Origin: Malacoraja senta
Taxonomy: Eukaryota
Length of the DNA stretch: 42,853 bases
Assembly (NCBI GenBank): GCA_038087875.1
Contig: JAXLNO010000641.1
Span: forward strand, 1 to 42,853
Reading direction: 5' to 3'
Below are positions 1-11,960 of the stretch, piece by piece; position 1 is the stretch's first letter; the number at the start of each line of letters is the position of its first letter. The translations under genes were made by a program, and so were the position numbers. The notes under the pieces are model-generated. The model made no database searches. It was not told the DNA's origin and saw only the letters and a program-made list of their open reading frames with translations.

Positions 1-2030
1 TCTCATCTTCTCCACCACCGATGTCAGGCTAACTGGTCTATAATTCCATGTTCTCTCTCCCCCGCCTTTCTTAAAAAGTGGGATAACATTAGCTATCCTC
101 CAATCCACAGGAACTGATCCTGAGTCTATAGAACAATGGAAAATTATCACCAATGCATCCACGATTTCGAGAGCCACTTCCTTAAGTACCCTGGGATGCA
201 GACCATCAGGGCCTGGGGATTTATCAGCCTTCAGTCCCATCAGTCTATCCAACACCATTTCCTGCCTAATGTGGATTTCCTTCAGTTCCTCTGTCACCCC
301 AGATCCTCTGGCCACTACTATATCAGAAAGATTGTTTGTGTCCTCCTCAGTGAAGACAGATCCAAAGTACCTGTTCAACTCATCTGCCATTTCCTTGTTC
401 CCCATAATAAATTCACCTTTTTCGGTCTTCAAGGGTCCAACTTTGGTCTTAACTAATTTTTTCCTCTTCACATACCTAAAGAAGCTTTTACTATCCTGCT
501 TTATATTCTTGGCTAGCTTACCTTCGTACCTCATCTTTTCTTCCCGTATTGTCTTTTTTGTTATCTTCTGTTGTTCTTTAAACATTACCCAATCCGCTTG
601 CTTCCCGCTCATCTTTACTACGTTGTACTTCTTCTCTTTAAATTTTATACTGTCCCTGACGTCCCTTGTCAGCCATGGTCGTCCCTTTCTCCCCTTGGAA
701 TCTTTCTTCCTCCTAGGAATGAACTGATCCTGCACCTTCTGTATTATTCCTAGAAATACCTGCCATTTTTGTTCCACTGTCATCCCTGCTGGTGTATCTT
801 TCCAGTCAACTTTGGCCAGCTCCTCCCTCATGGTCCCATAGTCCCCTTTATTCAACTGTAACACTGACACCTCCGATCTACCCTTCTCCCTCTCCAATTG
901 TAGATTAAACCTGACCATGTTATGATCACTGCCTCCTAATGGCTCATTTACCTTGAGGTCCTTTATCAAATCCGGTTCATTACATAACACTGAATCCAGA
1001 ATTGCCTTCTCCCTGGTAGGCTCCAATACAAGCTGTTCTAAGAATCCATCACAAAGGCACTCTACAAAGTCCCTTTCTTGGGGTCCAGTACCAACCGGAT
1101 TTTCCCAGTCTACCTGCATGTTGAAATCTCCCATAACAACCACAGCATTACTTTTGCTACATGCCAATTTTAACTCCTGATTCAACTTGTGCCCTATGTC
1201 CAGGCTACTGTTTGGGGGCCTGTAGATTAGTCCCATTAGGGTATTTTTACCCTTACAATTCCTTAGTTCTATCCATACTGACTCCACATCTCCTGTTTCA
1301 ATGTCACCCCTTCCAAGGGACTGAATTTCATTCCTCACCACAGGGCAACCCCACCCCCTCTGCCCACCTGTCTGTCTTTTCGATAGGAGGTATACCCTTG
1401 ATTATTCAGTTCCCAGCCCTGGCCCTCTTGCAGCCATGTCTCAGTAATTCCCACAACATCATACTTGCCAGTTTCTAACTGAGCCTCAAGCTCGTCCACT
1501 TTATTCCTGATACTTCGCGCATTCATATACATCACTGACCTCCGTATTCACTTCCCCCCTCGCACCGCTTGCAATTGGCCCTGACCGTACTCTGTTTTCC
1601 ATTCTCGAGCTTTCCTTCCCATTAATCGAGAATCTTTTGTAATTTTTCCTGTAGTCACTTCCCCTTCAACTCCATCCTTATACTCCCAATTTGTCAATCC
1701 CTCCCCCCCCACTATTTAGTTTAAACCCACACGTGTAGCCCTAGCAAACCTGCCTGCCAGAATGTCGTTCCCCCTCCAGTTAAGGTGTAACCTGTCCCTT
1801 TTGTACAGGTCACCCCTACCCCAGAAGAGATCCCAGTGGTCTATAAATCTAAATCCTTGCTCCCTGCTCCAGCCCCTCAGCCACACATTCAGCTCCCCTA
1901 TCTCCCTGTTCCTGTCCTCACTAGCACGAGGTACTGGCAGCAATCCAGAGATAACCACCCTAGAAATCCAGCATTTCAGTCTTCTTCCCAACTCTCTGGA
2001 GTTCATGTTGGAGAACCTCCTTCCTCTTCT
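1..2030 (-). mobile_element. CR1-clade LINE, degenerate (ORF2 endonuclease to RT start plus ORF1 esterase C-terminus); part A of a copy split by another CR1
   Basis: Minus-strand translations MNARSIRNKVDEL..VVGITETW (APE N-terminus) and [25 protein letters not shown] (SGNH-esterase ORF1); similar to the + strand copy at 8322-11960; frameshifted. Confidence 0.9.
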
Positions 2031-3035
2031 TCCGCAAGGCTCAGTGCTGGGACCCCAGCTATTTACAATATATATTAATGATTTGGATGAAGAAATTGAA
2101 TGGAACATCTCCAAGTTTGCGGATGACACGAAGCTGGGGGGCAGTGTTAGCTGTTAGGAGGATGCTAGGAGGCTGCAAAGTGACTTGGATAGGCTGGGTG
2201 AGTGGCAGATGCAGTATAATGTGGATAAATGTGAGGTTATCCACTTTGGTGGCAAAAACAGGAAAGTAGACTATTATCTAAATGGTGGCCGATTAGGAAA
2301 AGGGGAGGTGCAACGAGACCCGGGTGTCATGGTACACCAGTCATTGAAAGTAGGCATGCAGGTGCAGCAGGCAGTGAAGAAAGCGAATGGTATGTTAGCA
2401 TTCATAGCAAAAGGATTTGAGTATAGGAGCAGGGAGGTTCTACTGCAGTTGTACAGGGTCTTGGTGAGACCACACCTGGAGTATTGCGTACAGTTTTGGT
2501 CTCCAAATCTGAGGAAAGACATTCTTGCCATAGAGGGAGTACAGAGAAGGTTCACCAGACTGATTCCTGGGATGTCAGGACTTTCATATGAAGAAAGACT
2601 GGATAGACTCGGCTTGTACTCGCTCGAATTTAGAAGATTGAGGGGGGACCTTATAGAAACTTAAAAAATTCTTAAAGGGTTGGACAGGCTAGATGCAGGA
2701 AGATTGTTCCCGATGTTGGGGAAGTCCAGGACAAGGGGTCACAGTTTAATGGTCAAGGGGAAATCCTTTAGGACCGAGATGAGAAAATCATTTTTCACAC
2801 AGAGAGTGGTGAATCTCTGCAATTCTCTGCCACCGAAGGTAGTTGAGGCCAGTTCATTAGCTATATTTAAGAGGGAGTTAGATGTGGCCCTTGTGGCTAA
2901 AGGGATCAGGGGGTATGGAGAGAAGGCAGGTACGGTATACTGAGTTGGATGATCAGCCATGATCATATTGAATGGCGGTGCAGGCTCGAAGGGCCAAATG
3001 GCCTACTCCTGCACCGATTTTCTATGTTTCTATGT
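2031..3035 (+). mobile_element. 5'-truncated CR1 LINE (RT C-terminus, 3'UTR, tail) inserted into ORF1 of the minus-strand CR1
   Basis: [20 protein letters not shown] and LVRPHLEYCVQFW; in-frame stops; ends in TTTTCTATGTTTCTATG. Confidence 0.92.
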
Positions 3036-3660
3036 TTCCCGATGTCGTTTGTCCCCACGTGCACAACTACTGCCGGCTGTTCACCTTCTCTCTCGAGGAT
3101 GTTCTGAATTTGGCTCGTGACATCCTGAACCCTGGCACCAGGGAGACAACAGACCATCCTTGCATCTCGTCTGCCACCGCAGAATCTCCTGTCCGCTCCT
3201 CGGACAATGGAGTCACCCACCATTAGGGCTCTGCCCGACGTCGGTCTCGCCGGTCGCGTCCCATCTCTAGGATTGGAGCCACCGACGTGTCCGCCGCTTG
3301 ATCTGGAAACATCGTCTCCCCGGACATTTCCCAAGAGGGCGTACCTGTTTTCATTAGGCACAGCCACCTGGGTCTTCTGAGCTCCACGATTTCCACCCTT
3401 TCTCTCCTTCACTCACCTTGGTTCTTCCAGTATCCTCGGCGTGACTACCTCTCTGTAGGTCCTGTCCAGGAAATTCTAGTTTTCCCGGATGGCCCTGAGG
3501 TCATCCAGCTGCTTCTCCAGTGCCCCAACACGGTCCTTTAGGAGCTGAACTTGGATGCACTTGACACAGTTGTAACAGCCAGAGGCTCCATCTGTGTCCC
3601 TGGGCTCCCACATTCTGCAAGCCTCACACCGTCTCATCTGCTGGGTGTGGAGGGGGGGGG
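3036..3660 (-). mobile_element. CR1 ORF1 5' part (Cys-rich/leucine-zipper region and esterase N-terminus); part B of the split minus-strand copy
   Basis: CEACRMWE..CYNCVKCIQVQLLKDRVGALEKQLDDL and MVGDSIVRG..VVVHVGTNDIGK, which continues into [13 protein letters not shown] on the other side of the 2031-3035 insertion. Confidence 0.85.
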
Positions 3661-3749
3661 GAGGGGGGTTAAAATGCCCGGTTAGCAAAGGAGATTGCCT
3701 ACGGCTACCTCGACTACCAAGTGACCCCACTCCACTGCACTATGAGTTC

Positions 3750-4530
3750 AAAAGTAAAGTAACGTAAAGTAAAGTATCCTTTATTGTCATTCAGATATTT
3801 CAGTCTGAATGAAATTGCATACCTTGCAGTCATAACATAGAATAAAATAACAGAACATACAATTAACACAGTTTAACATCCACCACAGTGAGTCTACCAG
3901 GCACCTCCTCACTGTGATGGAAGGCAAAAGTCTTAAAGTCCTTATCTCTTCCCTCCTTTGTTCTCCCTCTGCATTGAGGCGATCCAGGCTTCCGATGTTG
4001 GGCCCCCCGCCGGGTGATGGTAAGTCCCGCGGCCGAATCCGAGTTCCGCGAACGGACCGGTTCAAACTCCACAGCCCGGTGCGGTCGAAGCTGATTCCCT
4101 CCAGTCCAGCGGACGAAGCTGTTGTTGCGGGAGCTCCGGAGAATCGGTCACCAACCTGGGACCTGCGAGCTCCCGACGTTGTCATCCATTGGGCCCGCGG
4201 CCGAGTCCACTAGGCCCGCGGCCGAGCCTCTGAGGCCCCAAAGTTGGGTCGCCGCCGCCGCAACGCCACCACAGCCCCGAAGTCGGCCAGAAGTTGGTAA
4301 GTCCTGGCTCTGGCTCCGGAGCCTAAGGTCGGTCCCAGTTGGAGGCCGCCAGCTCCGCGATTAGGCCTCATCGCAGACGGAGACGGGGGATACAACAAGA
4401 AAAGGTCGCATCCCCCCGAAGGAAGAGACTAAAAACAGTTTCTCCCACCCCCCACACATACACAACTAAAATAAACTAAATAAATTAAAACAACAGGACA
4501 AAAGAAAAAAAGAAAAAGAAAAGACAGATG
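3750..4530 (-). mobile_element. Non-autonomous retroposon-like insert with (ACTTT)n tail, apparently inside a Harbinger-type MITE ending near 4763
   Basis: (AAAGT)n run followed by TTTATT (minus-strand AATAAA) at about 3750-3786; GC-rich body; GGGACAGGCCCTTAA MITE-type terminus at about 4751-4765. Boundaries approximate. Confidence 0.45.
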
Positions 4531-5329
4531 GACTTCAGGTGAGCCTCAGCTGCAGGGGCTGCGCCACCACATGCCAACCAGTTAAAATTTTCCTTGACCA
4601 AACTGCGGCCGCGAGTATGCAGGAACTTCCCTCGAGCATGAAAGAGAGTTCCAGTGACCTCCTAGGGCCTCCTAGGACCATGTGTCGACCATGCTATGAG
4701 TTTGAGTCGAGCGCAAACTCTTCTAAACTAGCAAATTAGGTCGCCGCAGAGGGACAGGCCCTTAAGGACTCGTCCCTGTGTTCAACAGATAGAGGCTTCT
4801 GTGACTCTCATACCTGGGAATGCTGACTTGGCAAGGCATGGGTTAATTGCTGTGCATATGTAATTAATTCATCGCTGAGGACCTGTAGGTAAGTTCAAAA
4901 TTTCACAGCTTATCCTGTTATCAATTCAAAAGGTGTTAAGCCCATCTCTCTAGCTGGGGTTGTTCTGAATCATCAAAATAGCTGAATACTTTAAACCATT
5001 CCTGTCCAGTCTCAGTCATTGCTTTACTTAAACTTTTGAGTGTCCTATTCATTCCCTCCACTAATCCAAAACTCTGCAATTAGTGGGAGATATGAAATGA
5101 CTCTTTAACTACTGACAAGGCAGAGCCTCCTTCATCACCTTCCCTGTGAAACGTTTACCCTGATCAATCTGAAGAGGGACCCACACTTAAATATTATCTC
5201 TTTGACTCCTTATCACAATTCTAGCTGTTCTATCTTAGCCTGGGAATACCGTTACCCAGCAGGTAAAGCAATCAATCAATACTAAATAGTATCCTTTATT
5301 TTATGACTAGATGAAGGGTCCTGCGAAAT

Positions 5330-5610
5330 CTATCTGTCTATGTTGATCTGCAGGCTATACTCCTTTTCCATTTGGCACGGCAATTATCTCATACAGCCCT
5401 TAACATCCCTGCTTCTAAGTCACACTATACTATGGGGAGAGTGTAAAACTATAATCAGCCTCAGTGTGTTGGGCTCTAAGATTTCTACTGCCCATGTTAC
5501 GTATTCACATACTTCTTAAGCACATCAGTGCAACCCACCATATACTGGACTTTGCCTAGTGGAACAGCAAGCAACTGTTCTCATTCTGTCTTCTAGTCTG
5601 TTACTGCCAC
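5330..5610 (-). pseudogene. Degenerate retroviral pol (RT connection/tether region) remnant
   Basis: Minus-strand translation RMRTVACCSTRQSPVYGGLH*CA*..TWAVEI..IVLHSPHSIV resembles the RPVAYYS..L.PV..G.P.C..A..AVE..L..PH.V pattern of gamma/epsilon-like retroviral pol; several stops. Confidence 0.45.
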
Positions 5611-6046
5611 GTAAGAACCCTTTTTTCATTATCACAGCACAAATGGTAGAGTTTAGTCAAATATGAGAATCCCAGTGCTGGGAAGGAGGTCAGGGATAGT
5701 TGATATTTTTTGTCTGCAATTGTCCAAATATGTTTCTCCTCCCCAATCTACTCTATCTCTCAACATTTACTTCCCATAGTGATTTCTCTTCTCCCTTCTT
5801 TGTAAGGTATGGTCTGATGTAATCAACTAGCACAAAACACATGTTACAAGCTTCCTTCCACACATTTAAGACAGGAAACAGGAAACCTGGCTCCTCATTT
5901 GCATTCTAAAAGACAAACACTGTGCTTACAGCAATTCCAATGAACTTTAATGTCAAAAATATCTTTATTTTCACCACATTAGAAAGAAAATCATTTCAAA
6001 TGTTCTTAATAATGTACTTTTGTACTTTTCATTCTTTAAGGGCACT

Positions 6047-6221
6047 TTTCCCCTGGCTATCTTCAGCCAAATAATCCACTTGAGTCTAAAAAAACTTTTG
6101 AAAGTTGGTGCTTTATACACCCGCTTCACCAGGCATCACCCCCCGTCACGCCCCGACCACGCCGTGACAACCTCTTTTCAGGCTCTCGCCGAAAATGTCG
6201 CCCAAGTGGGACAGGCCCTTC
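6047..6221. mobile_element. Short PIF/Harbinger-type MITE
   Basis: Right terminus AAGTGGGACAGGCCCTT shared with other MITEs in the window; degenerate left terminus TAAGGGCAC. Confidence 0.45.
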
Positions 6222-7165
6222 AATCTATGCTTTATTTACATCTCCTTTCATCCTTCTTAAATCCACAGCACACGTCCAACTTGCTCATCCTTCCTTTTTG
6301 ACATAGAATGAACTTGGAACGAAATGTTCTCCTGAAATGCTGCCTGATCGATTTTTTTTTTTAAACCAGCAAGTTAACTTCATTTTTCAACTACAAGGAC
6401 ACCCAGATCCCCTTGCACAGCTCCATTCTTAAGTTTAAATATTCTTATTTTCTATTCTTCCTCACTAAATGAAAAAAAATATATTTTCCTACATTATGCT
6501 CCAACTGCCAAATTCTACCTCAGTCAGCCTACACTCAGCAAATATATTTCATCACCACTTACTGACAAATTTGACTATAAAATTGTTCTTTTTTTAATCC
6601 AAATTAATAACATGGATGATCAATAATTGAGATGCTAGCACTCGCTCTTGTGGCACAAGTGGTATTCTGGAAACTTGAAAACAGTCTCTTTAAGAATAAG
6701 GGGTAGGCCATTTAGGACTGAGATATTGGCTTTTCCAATCTCATCTTACACATGGCCAATGTGGCATCCAAGTCTCCTTTCGAACTCAATTCAAAAGATA
6801 AGAAAATAGGAAGAAAACAAACTTAAAACACCAATAAGACAAAACAAACAACCTGCATTTTTTCATCTCTCTTTTAAAAGTTAAGAGAAAATAAAGAATG
6901 AACAGTTAATTTTCATAGATTTCTAAAGCATTTGCAAAGACCAAAGGAAAATAAAATAACCTTGTGTGGCTCCACCTCCACAAAACTACTGACTACTTAA
7001 AGAGACACGCACTGCCTCTTAAAACACATTAGTCTCTACAAGGATTTCTTATGTAAAAGAGCAAAAGCTCATTCAATGACATCCTATTTCATCTGAATTA
7101 TAGGATTATTTCAACATTCACCAGAATCGGTTCCACAAACACGTAACAATCTTTAAACACGTAAC

Positions 7166-7290
7166 AGTCTGAAGAAGGGTTTTGGACCGAAACGTTGCCT
7201 ATTTCCTTCGCTCCATAGATGCTGCTGCACCCGCTGAGTTTCTCCAGCATTTTTGTGTACCTTCGATTTTCCAGCATCTGCAGTTCCTTC
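7166..7290 (+). mobile_element. Penelope-like pseudo-LTR fragment with hammerhead-like core
   Basis: GTCTGAAGAAGGGTTTTGGACCGAAACGTTGCC..GATGCTGCTGCACCCGCTGAG is near-identical to the reverse complement of the Penelope 3' end at 33506-33600. Confidence 0.8.
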
Positions 7291-7854
7291 TTTGACACTT
7301 AAATCTTTAAACTTACTTATTTTATACTTTTTTTCTGTGACATTCACTCACAAGTTGCCACACCTCATGCAATATGCTAAATCTCACAGATATTCATACA
7401 TTTTAAAACAATAAAGTTCTCACTCAAAATTAAAACACAGTTATACACACCACAAAGAAATCATTCTAACTCTTAAAACTTTGATACACCCAAGTACATT
7501 CATAAGCTTGCCCACCATTTTACACATTTACTGACTTAACATGGAATTTTCACAAAGGAAAATGGGCATCACAATTAGGTTTTTAAATTGTAAGGTGCAT
7601 CTCTATTGTTTTCCCTTCTTACCAGCAAGTGTAAGGGAGTGTATATAAAATAAAATAACAGGCAGAAAAACATTAATTACACAGATTTGTCCAAGAGGGG
7701 TGTGTCAGAGTCCCGTGGTGGAATCAATGACACAGGCCTCTCGTTTCCATAGTTATTGTGCATAGAGGCGTCCCTCCATAATTCCTAAACCTCCCTCATT
7801 TGTCTGACAAGACCGTTCTGTCTACTAGAATCTTTGGTTCTATGGGGACCAATG

Positions 7855-7975
7855 TACACAATTCGCAAGCTAGGACATTCCCCTGGGAGATTTTGTCATG
7901 GCCACTCATATGGGTATTGGACTTAATAATGGCTGGGTGGACTGGGAAGGCTGAGGCTAGTATAGTGGTCAGCGT
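7855..7975 (-). pseudogene. Degenerate retroviral RNase H C-terminus (ERV pol remnant)
   Basis: Minus-strand translation FPVHPAIIKSNTHMSGHDKISQGNVLACE matches the P..AIIKC.AH..G.D.IS.GN..AD pattern; same orientation as the gag/PBS/LTR at 11961-13860. Confidence 0.55.
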
Positions 7976-8321
7976 GTCTTTAAGTTGTGAAAGTCTTCAT
8001 CTTGTTGGAATGAGAGAGTTAAAAATGAAAAAGAATTAACCAAGCCCACAAAACCCTCATCTGCTTGGAATACGCGGGCAGGTATGATTCACAATAGGAT
8101 GGTACAATTTTCTGTCAGTCAGGATCCTGAGCGCTGTGATTGGACAGTGATCCAGATTGTGATTGGTCAGACACCATGTCAATCAGGATCTTGCCACACC
8201 CCATAACCATTGGGTGACTCACAAATTCTCTTCTCTGTCTTTCTCTCTCTCCAGCAGAGGTGAGCTCTGTGCCAAAAGTGATTCAAAGTTCAAAGGCAAG
8301 TTTGTTTTAAACTGTACAGGC

Positions 8322-11300
8322 TGTTGGCCATTGTAGTGGGAGACTCCATTGTGAGAGGTACGGACAGGGGTTTCTGTGGCAACAGACGGGATTCGAGGAT
8401 GGTGTGCTGCCTTCCTGGTGCCAGGATCCAGGATGTCATGGACAGAGTGCAGAAAATCCTCAAGGGCGAAGGTGAACATCCGGAAGTGGTAGTGCATGTC
8501 GGCACAAACGATGTCGGAAAGAAGGGGTAGAATATTCTGCAGCGTGACTTTAGAGAGCTCGGAAAAATGCCGAAATGCAGGACCTCCTGGGTTGTTATCT
8601 CCGGTTTGCTTCCAGTTCCTCGTGCTGGCGAGAGCAGGAACAGGGAGATACGGGACCTGAATGTGTGGCTGAGGAACTGGTGCACGGGGCAGGGATTTAG
8701 ATTCTTAGATCACTGGGATCTGTTTTGGAGTAAAAGGGAACTGTACAAAAGGGACGGATTGCATCTTAACAGGTGGGGGACCAGCATTCTGGCAGGCAGG
8801 TTTGCCACTGCTACACGGGTGGTTTTAAACTGAATAAGGGGGGTGGGGTGTCGAATGGGATAGTTGAGGATGGAGTTAAAGGGAAAGGGTTTCTTAAATG
8901 TGTGAGCGTAGAGACAGAGGGGTGTAAAATGAGGGTAGAAGCAATAGGTAGCAAGGTGAAAAGTAAAAGTGGCAGGCAGACAAATCCTGGGCAAAAATCA
9001 AAAAGGGCCACTTTTCAACATCATTGTATAAGGGGTAAGAGTGTTGTAAAAACAAGCCTGACAGCTTTGTGTCTCAATGCAAGGAGCATTCGTAATAAGG
9101 TGGATGAGTTGAATGTGCAGATAGCTATTAATGACTATGATATAGTTGGGATCACGGAGACATGGCTCCAGGATAACCAAGGCTGGGAGCTGAACATCCA
9201 GGGATATTCAATATTCAGGAGGGATAGACAGAAAGGGAAAGGAGGTGGGGTAGCGTTGCTGGTTAGAGAGCAGATTAACGCAATAGAAAGGAAGGACATT
9301 AGCTTGGAGGATGTGGAATCGATATGGGTAGAGCTGCGAAACACTAAGGGGCAGAAAACGCTAGTGGGAGTTGTGTACAGGCCACCTAACAGTAGTAGTG
9401 GAGTTAGGAATGGCATCAAACAGGAAATTGGAAATGCGTGCAACAAAGGTAAAACAGTTATAATGAGTGACTTCAATCTACATATAGATTGGGTGAATCA
9501 AATTGGCAAGGGTGCTGAGGAGCAGGATTTCTTGGAATGTATGCGGGATAGTTTTCTAAACCAACATGTAGAGGAACCAACGAGAGAGCAGGCTATTCTA
9601 GATTGGGTATTGAGTAATGAGGAAGGGTTAGTTAGCAGTCTTGTTGTGCGTGGCCCCTTGGGCAAGAGTGACCATAATATGGTTGAGTTCTTCATTAGGA
9701 TGGAGAGTGACATTGTTAATTCAGAAACAAGGGTACTGAACTTAAAGAAAGGTAACTTTGAGGGTATGAGAAGTGAATTGGCCAAGATAGACTGGCAATT
9801 GATTCTTAATGGGTTGACGGTAGATATGCAATGGAAGGCATTTAAAGACTGCATGGTTGAACTACAACAATTGTTCATCCCAGTTTGGCAAAAAAATAAA
9901 TCAGGGAAGGTAGTGCATCCATGGATAACAAGGGAAATCAGGGATAGTATCAAAACAAAAGATGAAGCGTACAAATTAGCCAGAAAAAGCAGCCTACTAG
10001 AGGACTGGGAGAATTTCAGAGTCCAGCAGAGGAGGACAAAGGGCTTAATTAGGAAAGGGAAAATAGATTATGAAAGAAAACTGGCAGGGAACATAAAAAC
10101 TGACTACAAAAGCTTTTATAGATATGTGAAGAGAAAAAGATTAGTTAAAACAAATGTAGGTCCCTTGCAGTCAGAAACAGGTGAATTGATCATGGGGAAC
10201 AAGGACATGGCAGACCAATTGAATAACTACTTTGGTTCTGTCTTCACTAAGGAAGACATAAATAATCTGCCGGAAATAGCAGGGGACCGGGGGTCAAATG
10301 AGATGGAGGAACTGAGTGAAATCCAGGTTAGCCGGGAAGTGGTGTTAGGTAAATTGAATGGATTAAAGGCCGATAAATCGCCAGGGCCAGATAGGCTGCA
10401 TCCCAGAGTAGTTCAGGAAGTAGCCCCAGAAATAGTGGATGCGTTAGTGATAATTTTTCAAAACTCTTTAGATTCTGGAGTAGTTCCTGAGGATTGGAGG
10501 GTAGCTATTGTAATCCCACTTTTTAAAAAGGGAGGGGGAGAGAAAATGGGGAATTACAGACCAGTTAGTCTAACGTCGGTAGTGGGGAAACTGCTAGAAT
10601 CAGTTATTAAAGATGGGATAGCAGCACATTTGGAAAGTGGTGAAATCATTGGACAAAGTCAGCATGGATTTATGAAACGTAAATCATGTCTGACGAATCT
10701 TATAGAATTTTTCGAGGATGTAACTAGTAGAGTGGATAAGGGAGAACCAGTGGATGTGTTATATCTGGACATTCAGAAGGCTTTCGACAAAGTCCCACAT
10801 AAGAGATTAGTATACAAACTTAAAGCACATGGTATTGGGGGTTCAGTATTGATATGGATAGAGAACTGGCTGGCAGACAGGAAGCAAAGAGTAGGAGTAG
10901 GGTCCTTTTCACAATGGCAGGCAGTGACTAGTGGGGTACTGCAAGGCTCAGTGCTGGGACCCCAGCTATTTACGATATATATTAATGATTTGGACGAGGG
11001 AATTGAATGCAACATCTCCAAGTTTGCGGATGACACGAAGCTGGGGGGCAGTGTTAGCTGTGAGGAGGATGCTCGGAGGCTGCAAGGTGACATGGATAGG
11101 CTGGGTGAGTGGGCAAATGCATGGCAGATGCAGTATAATGTGGATAAATGTGAGGTTATCCACTTTGGTGGCAAAAACAGGAAAGTAGACTATTATCTGA
11201 ATGGTGGCCGATTAGGAAAAGGTGAGATGCAACGAGACCTTGGTGTCATGGTACACCAGTCATTAAAAGTAGGCATGCAGGTGCAGCAGGCAGTGAAGAA

Positions 11301-11960
11301 GGCGAATGGTATGTTAGCATTCATAGCAAAAGGATTTGAGTATAGGAGGAGGGAGGTTCTACTGCAGTTGTACAGGGTCTTGGTGAGACCACACCTGGCG
11401 TATTGCGTACAGTTTTGGTCTCCTAATCTGAGGAAAGACATTCTTGCCATAGAGGGAGCACAGAGAAGGTTCACCAGACTGATTCCTGGGATGTCAGGAC
11501 TTTCATATGAAGAAAGACTGGATAGACTCGGTTTGTACTCGCTAGAATTTAGAAGATTGAGGGGGGATCTTATAGAAACGTACAAAATTCTTAAGGGGTT
11601 GGACAGGCTAGATGCAGGAAGATTGTTCCCGATGTTGGGGAAGTCCAGAACAAGGGGTCACAGTTTAAGGATAAGGGGGAAATCTTTTAAGACCGAGATG
11701 AGGAAAAAAAATTTCACACAGAGAGTGGTGAATCTCTGAAATTCTCTGCCACAGAAGGTAGTTGAGGCCAGTTCATTGGCTATATTTAAGAGGGAGTTAG
11801 ATGTGGCCCTTGTGGCTAAAGGGATCAGGGGGTATGGAGAGATAGCAGGTACAGGATACTGAGTTGGATGATCAGCCATGATCATATCGAATGGCGGTGC
11901 AGGCTCGAAGGGCCGAAAGGCCTACTCCTGCACCTATTTTCTATGTTTCTATGTTTCTAT
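8322..11960 (+). mobile_element. Young, long CR1-clade LINE (ORF1 esterase fragment, ORF2, 3'UTR, tail)
   Basis: ORF1 fragment VVGDSIVRG..VGTNDVGKKG* with an internal stop; ORF2 APE plus RT; tail (CTATGTTT)n at about 11937-11960. Confidence 0.95.
8773..11739 (+). CDS. CR1 ORF2: apurinic endonuclease plus reverse transcriptase (true start uncertain, conserved region from about 9060; premature stop near the C-terminus)
   Basis: LNARSI, GITETW, VYRPP, LDW, SDH (APE); NYRPVSLTS, QHGF, KAFDKVPH, QGSVLGP, FADD (RT). TGA at 11737 corresponds to TGG (NLW) in the sibling copy at 36593-36994. Confidence 0.9.
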   Translation: MGDQHSGRQVCHCYTGGFKLNKGGGVSNGIVEDGVKGKGFLKCVSVETEGCKMRVEAIGSKVKSKSGRQTNPGQKSKRATFQHHCIRGKSVVKTSLTALCLNARSIRNKVDELNVQIAINDYDIVGITETWLQDNQGWELNIQGYSIFRRDRQKGKGGGVALLVREQINAIERKDISLEDVESIWVELRNTKGQKTLVGVVYRPPNSSSGVRNGIKQEIGNACNKGKTVIMSDFNLHIDWVNQIGKGAEEQDFLECMRDSFLNQHVEEPTREQAILDWVLSNEEGLVSSLVVRGPLGKSDHNMVEFFIRMESDIVNSETRVLNLKKGNFEGMRSELAKIDWQLILNGLTVDMQWKAFKDCMVELQQLFIPVWQKNKSGKVVHPWITREIRDSIKTKDEAYKLARKSSLLEDWENFRVQQRRTKGLIRKGKIDYERKLAGNIKTDYKSFYRYVKRKRLVKTNVGPLQSETGELIMGNKDMADQLNNYFGSVFTKEDINNLPEIAGDRGSNEMEELSEIQVSREVVLGKLNGLKADKSPGPDRLHPRVVQEVAPEIVDALVIIFQNSLDSGVVPEDWRVAIVIPLFKKGGGEKMGNYRPVSLTSVVGKLLESVIKDGIAAHLESGEIIGQSQHGFMKRKSCLTNLIEFFEDVTSRVDKGEPVDVLYLDIQKAFDKVPHKRLVYKLKAHGIGGSVLIWIENWLADRKQRVGVGSFSQWQAVTSGVLQGSVLGPQLFTIYINDLDEGIECNISKFADDTKLGGSVSCEEDARRLQGDMDRLGEWANAWQMQYNVDKCEVIHFGGKNRKVDYYLNGGRLGKGEMQRDLGVMVHQSLKVGMQVQQAVKKANGMLAFIAKGFEYRRREVLLQLYRVLVRPHLAYCVQFWSPNLRKDILAIEGAQRRFTRLIPGMSGLSYEERLDRLGLYSLEFRRLRGDLIETYKILKGLDRLDAGRLFPMLGKSRTRGHSLRIRGKSFKTEMRKKNFTQRVVNL

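Noticed and set aside
2031..3035. Twin-priming inversion of a single LINE
   Set aside because: The minus-strand ORF1 continues on both sides, so this is a nested insertion of a separate copy.
4815..4895. GTAAGT donor near 4889 as a candidate leader exon
   Set aside because: The nearby ATG frames hit stops and no signal-peptide-like frame with a phase-1 end exists.
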